Positions 42,768 through 51,122 of a DNA stretch of 64,000 bases are shown here, piece after piece (positions within the stretch are counted from its first letter, which is position 1; the number at the start of each line of letters is the position of its first letter). The translations under genes and the position numbers were made by a program. The stretch is from Vicinamibacteria bacterium (GTDB lineage Bacteria > Acidobacteriota > Vicinamibacteria > Marinacidobacterales > Marinacidobacteraceae). Under the pieces are notes generated by a model. The model searched no databases and was not told the origin of the DNA. It worked only from the letters and a program-made list of their open reading frames with translations. Location of the stretch: NCBI GenBank assembly GCA_963668695.2, contig CAXXLQ010000004.1, positions 2,816,001-2,880,000 of the forward strand, given 5' to 3'.

Positions 42768-45587
42768 TCAGAAGTGGACCCGGATCGCGAACCGGATGAT
42801 CCGGGGAGAGAGGAAGTTCAGGACGTTTCCGTATGCCGATCCGGCCGCGGTATTGAGCTGGGTCTCGGTGTTCGAGTTTGTGATGTTGAAGATGCTCAGC
42901 TCGGGGGCGATACGCGCCCACCCGGCATAGAAGTCCCGGAACAGGGCAATGTCGAACGTGGTCACGTTCGACAAGCGTTCACTCCCGATCGGCGCGGCCA
43001 GAATCGTCGCGCTGCCCTGGTTCAGGTCTCGCACCAAGAAGGTGCGAGCGATCGGTTGGCCGGTCTGGTAGCGCATGACCCCGGAGGCGCGTACGCCGAA
43101 GGGCGCATGCCAGGTGCCGATGAACTTGAATTGGTTCGTGCGGTCGTAGAAGGACTTGCCCTTGGCGTTCACCAGCAGGTTCGGGTTGGTGAAGAGCCCG
43201 GGGTTCGTGTTCTCCCACTGCCCCCCCCGCGACCAGGTGTCGGTGTCGTTGTATGAGTACGAGACCAGCGCCTGCCAGTCGTTGGAGAGCCGCTTTTGGG
43301 CGATCACTTCGACGCCCTTGTAGCCGGTCGTGAACCGGTCCACCGTCTGGACCACCCGCTGGTTCAGCCCCACGAACTCCGGTCGCAGGTTGAAGACAGT
43401 GAGCATGCCGCCGTCGTCCCCGGTGCCGGCCATGCCGTCCGGACCCGGATCCCGAACTTCCATCGGGTCGTATGCGGAGTCCGGCGCCGCGAGGTTCAGC
43501 CTGTCGGACTTGTCATTGCTGCTGCGTACCGAGAACGTCGCCTGGACCCATAGGTCGCCGGAGAACTCGCGTTCGAGGCTGGCAGTGAACTCGTCCGTGT
43601 ACTCGTGCTTCAGGGCCGGGTCCACCACATTCACCGCCGCGGTAGCGCCGAACCCGTCGGAGAGGATGGCTCCCTGCTCACCGTTCTGGAACTGGCTGTC
43701 GCCGTTCAGGTCGTTCCAGACGTGCCTGTTGTTGAGGTTGCCGTTCTGGTTCACGAAGTTGGCGAACCCGGTGGAGAACTGGTGGTAGTAGCGGCCCCAG
43801 CTCGCCTTGAAGGCACTCTGTCCGCCCTCCTCGAGGCCGACCACGACGCCGACGCGGGGCGCGATGCTCGCGAGGTCGAGGATGCCGGTGCGCTCGGGGA
43901 ACTCGCGCGGGCACCCGGCCGCGGCGGTGCACCAGCTGCCATCCGGACTGTTCTGCTGCGGCAGCCAGCCGTGGTAGCGGTCCCAGCGGAGGCCGAGTTT
44001 GAGGGTCAACCGATCTCCGATCGAGATGATGTCGTCAATGTAGGCGGAGGTCTGATCCAGAGTCTGGCCGTCGAATCGCGGGGTGTTGCGGAGGGTCACC
44101 TCGACCGGCGCGCCGTTGTCGAAGGTCAGGTAGACATCGTCGATGGCGGTGGTCTCATTCGAGATCGGGTTGTGCGAGTACTCCACTCCCGCTCTGATCT
44201 CGTGGTTCGCATTCAACAGGCCCTCGGCGAAATAGGTGAGGTCGCTCTTGTACGAGAACCGCTTCCGGCGCCGCTCGACATTGAAATCACGGGCGTTGAG
44301 GAAGCTGTTCGTTCCCCGGTCGTACCCGGCCTGGAGGCCTGCCGCCTGGGCTTCTTCCGAGTGGTAGGTCGGGAACCAGACGTTGAGGTGGGAGAAGCGG
44401 GTGTCGAGCAGGGCGTTCTGGCTGAGGGTGGAGGTCAAATTGGCCTGCACGATCCGGAACGTGTCGTCCTCGATCCAGCTCGCCTCGGGTGGCCGGTTTC
44501 CGGCCAGCCCGCGCCGCGGCTTCCAGTAGGTCATTTCATGCCACTCGAGACTCAGCTTGTTGCGGTCCGTCAGGTCGGTATCGCTCTTGATCACGAACTG
44601 CCGCATGTCGGTGTCCTCGGTGACGCTGTCGATCCCGGAGACATAGCGGTGGACCCGCTCGTCGCGGAACGAGAAGAAGAACGTTGACCGATCCCGCACT
44701 ACCGGACCGCCGATCTGGAAGGTAGCGTCGGAGAGATAGTCGAACTGCCCAGCGGTGGCGCCGGATTGCTCGAGTTCCTGGGTGAAGTTGTCGAATTGGG
44801 TGGCGTCGTTTTGGTAGTGGAAGCCAGCGCTGCCGGTGAATTCGTTACCGCCGCTCTTCGTGACCATGTTGAGGTAAACACCGGGGGCGTTCACCGACGC
44901 CGGGTGCGAACCCGTCGCGACCTGGACTTCCTCGAAGCTGTCGTAGTCGTAGTAGTAGCCGCTGGCTCCGAGCGCCGCGGGACAGGTCACGTTCACGCCG
45001 TTCAGGTAGTAGCTGTTCTGGCCCCAGGAGGTGCCGCGCGCCGAGAAGACGGCCTGCAGGCCGGTCTCGCTGCCGCCCACGTCGAGGCGGTTGGTGGTGA
45101 CGCCGGGCGCCTGGTGCTCGAGCAGCGACCAGACGTCGCGGGCGCTCGGCACTTCCGCAAGGAGGCTGGCGTCGAAGGTGGCGCCGATGACGGTGCTCTT
45201 GGTGTCGAGCAGCGGGGCTTCGCCCACCACCGTGACTGTCTCTTCGATGGTTGAGAGTTCGAGGGCGACGTCGAGGCCGGTCGTGCGGGCGATGTCCACC
45301 CGGACCTCTTCATAGACGCGGGTCTGGAAACCGCCGAGCTCGAAGCGCAGCGTGTAAATGCCGGGCGGAACCGCGAAGAAACGGTAGGTTCCGGTGCCGG
45401 AACTGACCGACACCTCACTGCTGCCTTGTCCGGTCAGGGTGACAGACACCCCCGGAAGCACCTGTCCGGTCCCGTCGAGGATGCTCCCCTCGACGGTTCC
45501 GGACTGGGTCTGTCCGGCCGCCATGGCCGCGGTAAGCGCGGCGGCGAGAAATGCGAAGACAAGACTTCGCGAGGTTGGCTTCCTCAT
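42768..45587 (-). CDS. TonB-dependent receptor (Oar-like, carboxypeptidase-regulatory N-domain)
   Basis: Signal peptide; G.V.G...D..G..LPGVSVTL; VTKSG.N.F.G; LGLRWD; C-terminal PR.IRFAIRVHF; GGAGG RBS. Confidence 0.88.
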   Translation of the reverse strand: MRKPTSRSLVFAFLAAALTAAMAAGQTQSGTVEGSILDGTGQVLPGVSVTLTGQGSSEVSVSSGTGTYRFFAVPPGIYTLRFELGGFQTRVYEEVRVDIARTTGLDVALELSTIEETVTVVGEAPLLDTKSTVIGATFDASLLAEVPSARDVWSLLEHQAPGVTTNRLDVGGSETGLQAVFSARGTSWGQNSYYLNGVNVTCPAALGASGYYYDYDSFEEVQVATGSHPASVNAPGVYLNMVTKSGGNEFTGSAGFHYQNDATQFDNFTQELEQSGATAGQFDYLSDATFQIGGPVVRDRSTFFFSFRDERVHRYVSGIDSVTEDTDMRQFVIKSDTDLTDRNKLSLEWHEMTYWKPRRGLAGNRPPEASWIEDDTFRIVQANLTSTLSQNALLDTRFSHLNVWFPTYHSEEAQAAGLQAGYDRGTNSFLNARDFNVERRRKRFSYKSDLTYFAEGLLNANHEIRAGVEYSHNPISNETTAIDDVYLTFDNGAPVEVTLRNTPRFDGQTLDQTSAYIDDIISIGDRLTLKLGLRWDRYHGWLPQQNSPDGSWCTAAAGCPREFPERTGILDLASIAPRVGVVVGLEEGGQSAFKASWGRYYHQFSTGFANFVNQNGNLNNRHVWNDLNGDSQFQNGEQGAILSDGFGATAAVNVVDPALKHEYTDEFTASLEREFSGDLWVQATFSVRSSNDKSDRLNLAAPDSAYDPMEVRDPGPDGMAGTGDDGGMLTVFNLRPEFVGLNQRVVQTVDRFTTGYKGVEVIAQKRLSNDWQALVSYSYNDTDTWSRGGQWENTNPGLFTNPNLLVNAKGKSFYDRTNQFKFIGTWHAPFGVRASGVMRYQTGQPIARTFLVRDLNQGSATILAAPIGSERLSNVTTFDIALFRDFYAGWARIAPELSIFNITNSNTETQLNTAAGSAYGNVLNFLSPRIIRFAIRVHF

Positions 45588-45977
45588 GGGACCCTCCTGT
45601 TTGGTGGGGGATTGGCCGAGTTGGGGTCGAGTGCGAAGGCAGGTCCAGCGGACCTGCCCAAGTCGGGATAGCGAGCGATGGTCCCGGGGGGCGGGCCGCG
45701 CTCGAAGGTGAGAGTTTAGGGCCGGCGTCCTGCCGGTCGTCCATTCTGGTGGATTCGGAGAACCGGAGATGCGACCGCTGGCGGGAGGTCCCGACCGGGC
45801 AAAAAGCGCGGAACCCCCCGGATTTGAACGCATGCTGGCTCCATTTCCTCCATCGGCCTTCCAAGCCGAAAAGGCGTTATACCACATGCTGTACTAGGAC
45901 TTCGGGCAAGATTTGTACCGTGGTTCGGCGGCCGGGTCGGCGACCGCTCGCGTGGGCCGTCCACCGGTCACCAAGAC

Positions 45978-47153
45978 TCAGGGCGATCTGGTGCGCGCGC
46001 AGGAAAACAGCGCCTGCTGCGCCGCCGTCCAGTCTCCGGAACCGTCCGCGTGCTGGATCAGCATCCGCCCCTCCCGGTACATCCCGAGGTCGAGGGTGAA
46101 CTCCTTGGCGTTCGACTGACGGCCGCTGTGGTCCCAGGCGGCGGGAATCGCCGGATCGTGGAAGCGGTAGATGCCGGTCCTGCCGTAGGCGATCTCGTTG
46201 GACCAGACGTCCATTCCCGGAATCCGGCCGGCAAGGAGGCCGTCCACGAGCGGCAGAGTGGTTTCCATCTCGAGGATTCCGGGAATCACCGCCCGGCGGA
46301 GCACTTCTCCGGGGCTTCTCGCTTCGGTGATCGAGAGTGGAACGCGGCGAATTGCCCGGTAGCGCTGGGGAGCGCCCGGCGCCAGGCTGCGGAAAATGCC
46401 GAGGATGGCCCGGCCGCGCGGCTCGCTCAGTTCCTCGTCGAGATAGAGGGCGACCCAGGTTTCCGGCCCGAGCGTCACGAACCGGGAGCCAGTCAGATCG
46501 AGGCCGCCGTAGTGGCCGGCCGTGATGTGGGTGGCCGTAGTGGCGTGACAGGGGGGATGGGAAGGAGGACCGTTCGATCGGCACGGGCAGGGGGTGTCGC
46601 AGGGGCAGGCGGTGAAGGCATGACCGGTGATCTCCCAGTCGGGGAATTCCGCGCCCGCCGTCTGCGCAGCCTGCGCCTCCGCCGGCAAACGCATGCCCTG
46701 GCCGCCCGCCGGGCGGAGCAGGAAGCGGACCGTGTCCGCGAACCGGACGGCGGTGGGTTCACCGGCCACGAGGGTCGGTTCGTATATCCAGTGCCGGGCC
46801 GCTTCCGCCGCCGCCGCTCCGAGATCTTCGGGTCCCCGGAGGGAGCGGGCGTCGGCGACCGTCCCGTCGCGGTCCACGGTCAGCTCCAGGATGACGAGCG
46901 CCTCCTCGCCCCGTTCGCGCGCCGATTCGGGATACGCCGGTGGTTCGAAGCGGATCCTCTCGGGACGGCGGACATCCCCGCCGACAGGAACGATGTCCTC
47001 CTCCGCGGGAAGCGCGGGCCGGCTGGTCTCGGAGGCCGGCGGGTTCTCCTCGATGGGCGTCTCGTCCTCGCGGCGTTCGCCGCAGGCGCCGCCCAGCAAG
47101 ATCGCCAGGGCGGCATAATGCGGGAAACGCCGTGGGCAAAGGAACCAAAACAT
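45978..47153 (-). CDS. TonB C-terminal domain fused to a DUF1326-like Cys-rich domain, lipoprotein-like
   Basis: VGGDV..P....PPAYPESA...G....DGTV (TonB_C); W.I.G....CPC..PCPC......C (DUF1326-like). Confidence 0.7.
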   Translation of the reverse strand: MFWFLCPRRFPHYAALAILLGGACGERREDETPIEENPPASETSRPALPAEEDIVPVGGDVRRPERIRFEPPAYPESARERGEEALVILELTVDRDGTVADARSLRGPEDLGAAAAEAARHWIYEPTLVAGEPTAVRFADTVRFLLRPAGGQGMRLPAEAQAAQTAGAEFPDWEITGHAFTACPCDTPCPCRSNGPPSHPPCHATTATHITAGHYGGLDLTGSRFVTLGPETWVALYLDEELSEPRGRAILGIFRSLAPGAPQRYRAIRRVPLSITEARSPGEVLRRAVIPGILEMETTLPLVDGLLAGRIPGMDVWSNEIAYGRTGIYRFHDPAIPAAWDHSGRQSNAKEFTLDLGMYREGRMLIQHADGSGDWTAAQQALFSCARTRSP

Positions 47154-47224
47154 CGGTTAGGCGCCGATTCTGTCTCATACGGACGACCGCCCCGCGAAAC
47201 CTGTGGTTCGCGCTTGCTGTCTGG

Positions 47225-48298
47225 ATGTTTTCGGCGGCGCTGGGTGGTGGGCAGGAGGAACCGTCACCCGATCCGGCCCTCGCGGAAGCGGCCGCCCTGA
47301 TCGAGGCCGGCGAACGGGACGAGGCGGCGCGCATCCTGCACGACTTCCTGGTCGCCCGGCCCTGGGACGCTGGGGCGTTTCACCAAGTCGGCGCGATGTG
47401 GCTGGTCGCCGGGGAACCTGAACTCGCGCGCCCGCCTCTGGAGGGCGCGGTGGCGCGCGCCCCCGACTTCGTAGATGGCCGCCTGGCGCTCGGACAGGCC
47501 CTCGGACAGCTTGGGAGGGTGGAAGAAGCCCTCAGCCAGTTGGAGGCCGCCTCCACGACGGACCCCGGCCGCTTCGAAGCGCCGTACCTCGCGGCCGCGG
47601 TGCTCGACGGGGCGGGACGTCTCTCCGAAGCGGTTGACAAGGCCGCCCGGGCGGTGGAACTCGCGCCGCGCGACGCCGGGATGCGCCGGTTCCTGGGGCG
47701 GCTGCTGCTGCGCATCGAGCATTGGCCGGAGGCGCAGGCGGAACTCGAGCGGGCGCTACAGCTCGGCTACCGTGAGGATCCGGCGATCTTCGCCGACCTG
47801 GGCGCCGCGCTGCTGGGGCAGGAGCGCCTCCCGGCGGCGCGGGCCGCCTACGAGCGGCATCTGGAGTTGGCCCCGGACGATGCTGAGACGCTCCTGCAAC
47901 TGGGATATCTCGACTGGCGCACCAATGAATACGAGGCTTCCGAAGAGTTCCTCGAGCGCGCGATCGCCCTCGACCCGAATCTCCGGCGAGCCCACCACTT
48001 CCTGGGCCTGACCGCGCTACGTCGCCAGGAGTTCGACCGGGCCGAGGGGGCCTTCCGCCGCGCGCTGGAACAGGGCGAAGATTTCCCGGAGGCTTGGTTG
48101 AATCTCGGGAAGATCGCGCTGCGCCGCGGAGACGCGGAGGATGCGGCGCGCCTGCTGGAGACCGCGATCCGCTACGCGCCGGACTATGCGGACGCCTACT
48201 ACCAACTCTCCTTCGCCCGCCGGCGGCTTGGGGATCCGGAGGGGGCGGCAGCCGCCCTCGAACGGTTCGAGGAACTCAGGCGGGAGCAGGACGGGTAA
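47225..48298 (+). CDS. TPR-repeat protein (start uncertain, may be further upstream)
   Basis: About 9 TPR units (ALGQALGQLG, AHHFLG, AWLNLG, AYYQL). Confidence 0.8.
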   Translation: MFSAALGGGQEEPSPDPALAEAAALIEAGERDEAARILHDFLVARPWDAGAFHQVGAMWLVAGEPELARPPLEGAVARAPDFVDGRLALGQALGQLGRVEEALSQLEAASTTDPGRFEAPYLAAAVLDGAGRLSEAVDKAARAVELAPRDAGMRRFLGRLLLRIEHWPEAQAELERALQLGYREDPAIFADLGAALLGQERLPAARAAYERHLELAPDDAETLLQLGYLDWRTNEYEASEEFLERAIALDPNLRRAHHFLGLTALRRQEFDRAEGAFRRALEQGEDFPEAWLNLGKIALRRGDAEDAARLLETAIRYAPDYADAYYQLSFARRRLGDPEGAAAALERFEELRREQDG

Positions 48299-48345
48299 TT
48301 GAAGCGACCGCGGCGGGACGGCTTCTCCGGAACGGCAGAGAGTTA

Positions 48346-48580
48346 ACAGCCTGTGGCAAAACCCACACGGCGTTCGACCGGCGATCCATCCCGGCTGAAC
48401 CGCGTCGCTGCGCGCCGCTCATCGTTGCGTTTCGGTCGAAATACACCCGGGCCAGTTCTCCCGGTGGGGGCTCCTCCCTCACGCGCCTTGTCAGCCGGGC
48501 CCCCACCGGGAGAACTGGCCCCACCGGGAGAACTGGGCCTCGCCGGTCTCGGCGCTCACGTGGGTTTCACCACAGGCTGC
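48346..48580 (+). mobile_element. MITE-like element flanked by TA, carrying three copies of the short motif
   Basis: TA|ACAGCCTGTGG...CCACAGGCTGC|TA; motif at 48452, 48500 and 48519. Confidence 0.85.
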
Positions 48581-48589
48581 TAACGGCAG

Positions 48590-48967
48590 ATGCGGTCGAG
48601 ATTCTTTGGGAGATCCAGCTCCGATTCGGACCGCTTCCGAAGTTCGCCAGCAGGGGATCTGGCCAGGCGCAGCGGGACCACGCGGGACCACGCGGGACGG
48701 CGGGCACGGCAGGAACCATGGTGGAAGGACTGGCTGGGGATCGGAACAAAGCGCGAGTGGCTGTGGGTTGGCTTGGTCGTGGTTGTCGGGATCGGCTACA
48801 CCTACAAACAGGACGGGCTCGCGGGAGCGGGATGGGCGGCTTTCGTGACGGCCGGAGCCCTGTTGGTGGGTGTGTGGATGAAGCGGCAGGAAAAAGCCGA
48901 GGAGAATCGAAAACCCGTCTTGCGCCTCCGTGATTCGGAGCGCGACGAATACGGTAGGAAGCGCTGA
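48590..48967 (+). CDS. Small hypothetical membrane protein (2 TM)
   Basis: Two hydrophobic segments (WLWVGLVVVVGIGY; WAAFVTAGALLVGVW); start uncertain. Confidence 0.5.
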   Translation: MRSRFFGRSSSDSDRFRSSPAGDLARRSGTTRDHAGRRARQEPWWKDWLGIGTKREWLWVGLVVVVGIGYTYKQDGLAGAGWAAFVTAGALLVGVWMKRQEKAEENRKPVLRLRDSERDEYGRKR

Positions 48968-49127
48968 GCGCGGGGTTTGCTCCCGGGATTTTCGCTGCGC
49001 ATCGGGGCGCAGCATCGCGGCGGCGTTGCGCGTCGCGCGCGGATCTTGTGGTTCGCCCGGCGCCTCCGGGGGCGCGTACTATGGGGCTGCCGCCCAAACT
49101 CAGGAGGAAATCCCCAGGAGGAAATCC

Positions 49128-50132
49128 ATGATCCGTTCGAAACGAATCCTCATCGCCACACTCCTGTTCTTCGGGGTGGGCGCAGTGCCGGCTCTGGCCC
49201 AGTCCACCCATCCGCCGGTCGCCACCTTCTCCATCGTCGCCCACGACCCCGACACCGGCGAGATGGGGGTCGCGGTCCAGTCGAAGTACTTCTCGGTGGG
49301 GCATGTGGTGCCGTGGGGCGAAGCCGGAGTCGGGGTGGTCGCCACCCAGGCGAACGTGAACGCCGGCTATGGGCTCCAGGGACTCGATCTGCTCCGGCAG
49401 GGACTCAGCGCGGAAGAGGTCAAGGATCGGCTGCTCGCCGAGGACACCTTCCCCGGCGTGGAGGGCCGGCAGTTCGCCGTGGTGGACGCGAACGGTGGGA
49501 TTGCCGTCCACACCGGGCCTACCGCGAATTTCTGGGCGGGTCACCGCGTGGGTGAGCACTACTCCGCCCAGGGCAACATCCTGACCGGGCCGGAGGTGGT
49601 CGAGGCGATGGGTGACGCCTTCGAGGCCGCCGAGGGAACGCTCGCCGAAAAGATGCAGGCGGCGATGGTCGCCGGGCAGGAGGCCGGGGGAGACAGCCGC
49701 GGCCGCCAGTCGTCGGCGATGCTGGTGGTCGGCAAGGGGATGGGCCGGAACATCAACAACGACGTGGTGGCGAGGCTCCAGGTCGAGGACCATCCGATGC
49801 CCATCCAGGAACTGGGGCGGGTGCTCAACATCAACCTCGCCATTACCGCGATGTCCCGCAGCCGGGAAAGGAACGAGGCCGGAGACGGCGCGGCGGCGCT
49901 TGCCGCCGCCGAAAGAGCCACCGAACTCTGGCCCGACGCTTCCGACACCTGGCTGAACCTTGGTCTGCTCAACTACTCGCTCGGCAATCGCGACCGGGCG
50001 CTGGAGGTCTTCGGGAAGGCCGCATCGATGAACGAGCTCTTCCGTGGCCAGTTGGAGTCCACCCTGGGCTGGACCGGCCATCCCGGGCTCGATGACGAGT
50101 TCCTGGCGGCGCTTTTCCCGGGGGGCTCCTGA
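49128..50132 (+). CDS. DUF1028 (Ntn-hydrolase-like) protein with C-terminal TPR
   Basis: TFSIVA.DP..G.MGVAVQS, ATQA, QGNIL, GGDSRGRQS; signal peptide; GGAGG RBS. Confidence 0.85.
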   Translation: MIRSKRILIATLLFFGVGAVPALAQSTHPPVATFSIVAHDPDTGEMGVAVQSKYFSVGHVVPWGEAGVGVVATQANVNAGYGLQGLDLLRQGLSAEEVKDRLLAEDTFPGVEGRQFAVVDANGGIAVHTGPTANFWAGHRVGEHYSAQGNILTGPEVVEAMGDAFEAAEGTLAEKMQAAMVAGQEAGGDSRGRQSSAMLVVGKGMGRNINNDVVARLQVEDHPMPIQELGRVLNINLAITAMSRSRERNEAGDGAAALAAAERATELWPDASDTWLNLGLLNYSLGNRDRALEVFGKAASMNELFRGQLESTLGWTGHPGLDDEFLAALFPGGS

Positions 50133-50174
50133 GAGGTCCCTCGGGCACGCGCGGGTCTTTGAGCCTCGGGTAGC

Positions 50175-51122
50175 GTGATCCGTTCCCTCGCGCTCGCCCT
50201 GGCGATCGCGTCGCTCGGCGCGGCGGAGGCGCAGGGTCCGGACGCCCAGGATCCGGACGCTCTGCTCCGCGCCGGCCAGCGGTGGCTCGACGCCGGCAAC
50301 TCCGGCGCCGCGGTGGAGTCGTTCCGCCGGCTCGTGCAGGCGGTTCCGGACTCCCGCTCCCACTACTACCTGGGCGTCGCGCTCCTGCGGGATGATCGGC
50401 CCGGAGAGGCGGTGGATGCACTTCGGCGGGCGGAGTCGGTCGCCGAGGCACCCAATCCGGCGCTCGCGTTATCACTCGGGACGGCGCTCCTGCGAGGGGG
50501 AGCCTCCGAGGAGGCAGTGGTTGTCCTCGAAGCGGCTGCCGGGCATTTCCCGCGCGCCGCTCCCATTCTCATCCAGCTCGGTTACACCCATTACACGAGG
50601 CTCGAAGGCGAAATGGCCCGCGGCGTCCTGCTCCGGGCCCGCGAGATCGCCCCGGCGAATCCGCTCGCTCCCTTCTACCTAGGTCTCGCCGAGGCTGCAC
50701 TCGGTGAGCTGGAGCCGGCGGCCGAGGCCTTTCGCGAAGCGGTTCGTCTGGACCAGGGGAATCCCGAAGCCCGGGTAGCGCTCGGCCGGACTCTCTCCCA
50801 GTTGGGACGCCCGCAGGAAGCCCGCCAGGAATACGAGGCGGCGCTCCGAATAGCGCCCGGATCTCCGTCCGCGTTCGTGGGGCTCGGAATGCTCGAGCTT
50901 CAGCAAGGCCGCCCGGAAGCCGCGGCCGGTTCCTTCGAGGCGGCCCTCGAAGTGGCTCCCGGCCACCGTCAGGCGCTCTACAACTTCGCTGCCGCCCTGG
51001 CCCTGCTGGGGCGCGCGGACGAGGCCGCCGCGGTACGTCGCCGGTTCCGGGAGGCCGCCGCTTCGGGGGAGGACCCCGGCCGTTCGCTTTCGCGTACCAG
51101 ATCGAAGCCGCGTCCGCGCTGA
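50175..51122 (+). CDS. Secreted TPR-repeat protein
   Basis: Signal peptide; TPR units (HYYLG, FYLG, ARVALG, ALYN). Confidence 0.8.
   Translation: MIRSLALALAIASLGAAEAQGPDAQDPDALLRAGQRWLDAGNSGAAVESFRRLVQAVPDSRSHYYLGVALLRDDRPGEAVDALRRAESVAEAPNPALALSLGTALLRGGASEEAVVVLEAAAGHFPRAAPILIQLGYTHYTRLEGEMARGVLLRAREIAPANPLAPFYLGLAEAALGELEPAAEAFREAVRLDQGNPEARVALGRTLSQLGRPQEARQEYEAALRIAPGSPSAFVGLGMLELQQGRPEAAAGSFEAALEVAPGHRQALYNFAAALALLGRADEAAAVRRRFREAAASGEDPGRSLSRTRSKPRPR

Noticed and set aside
45588-45977. Cobalamin or other riboswitch in the long TBDR leader
   Set aside because: No B12-box or other recognisable aptamer consensus on the minus strand
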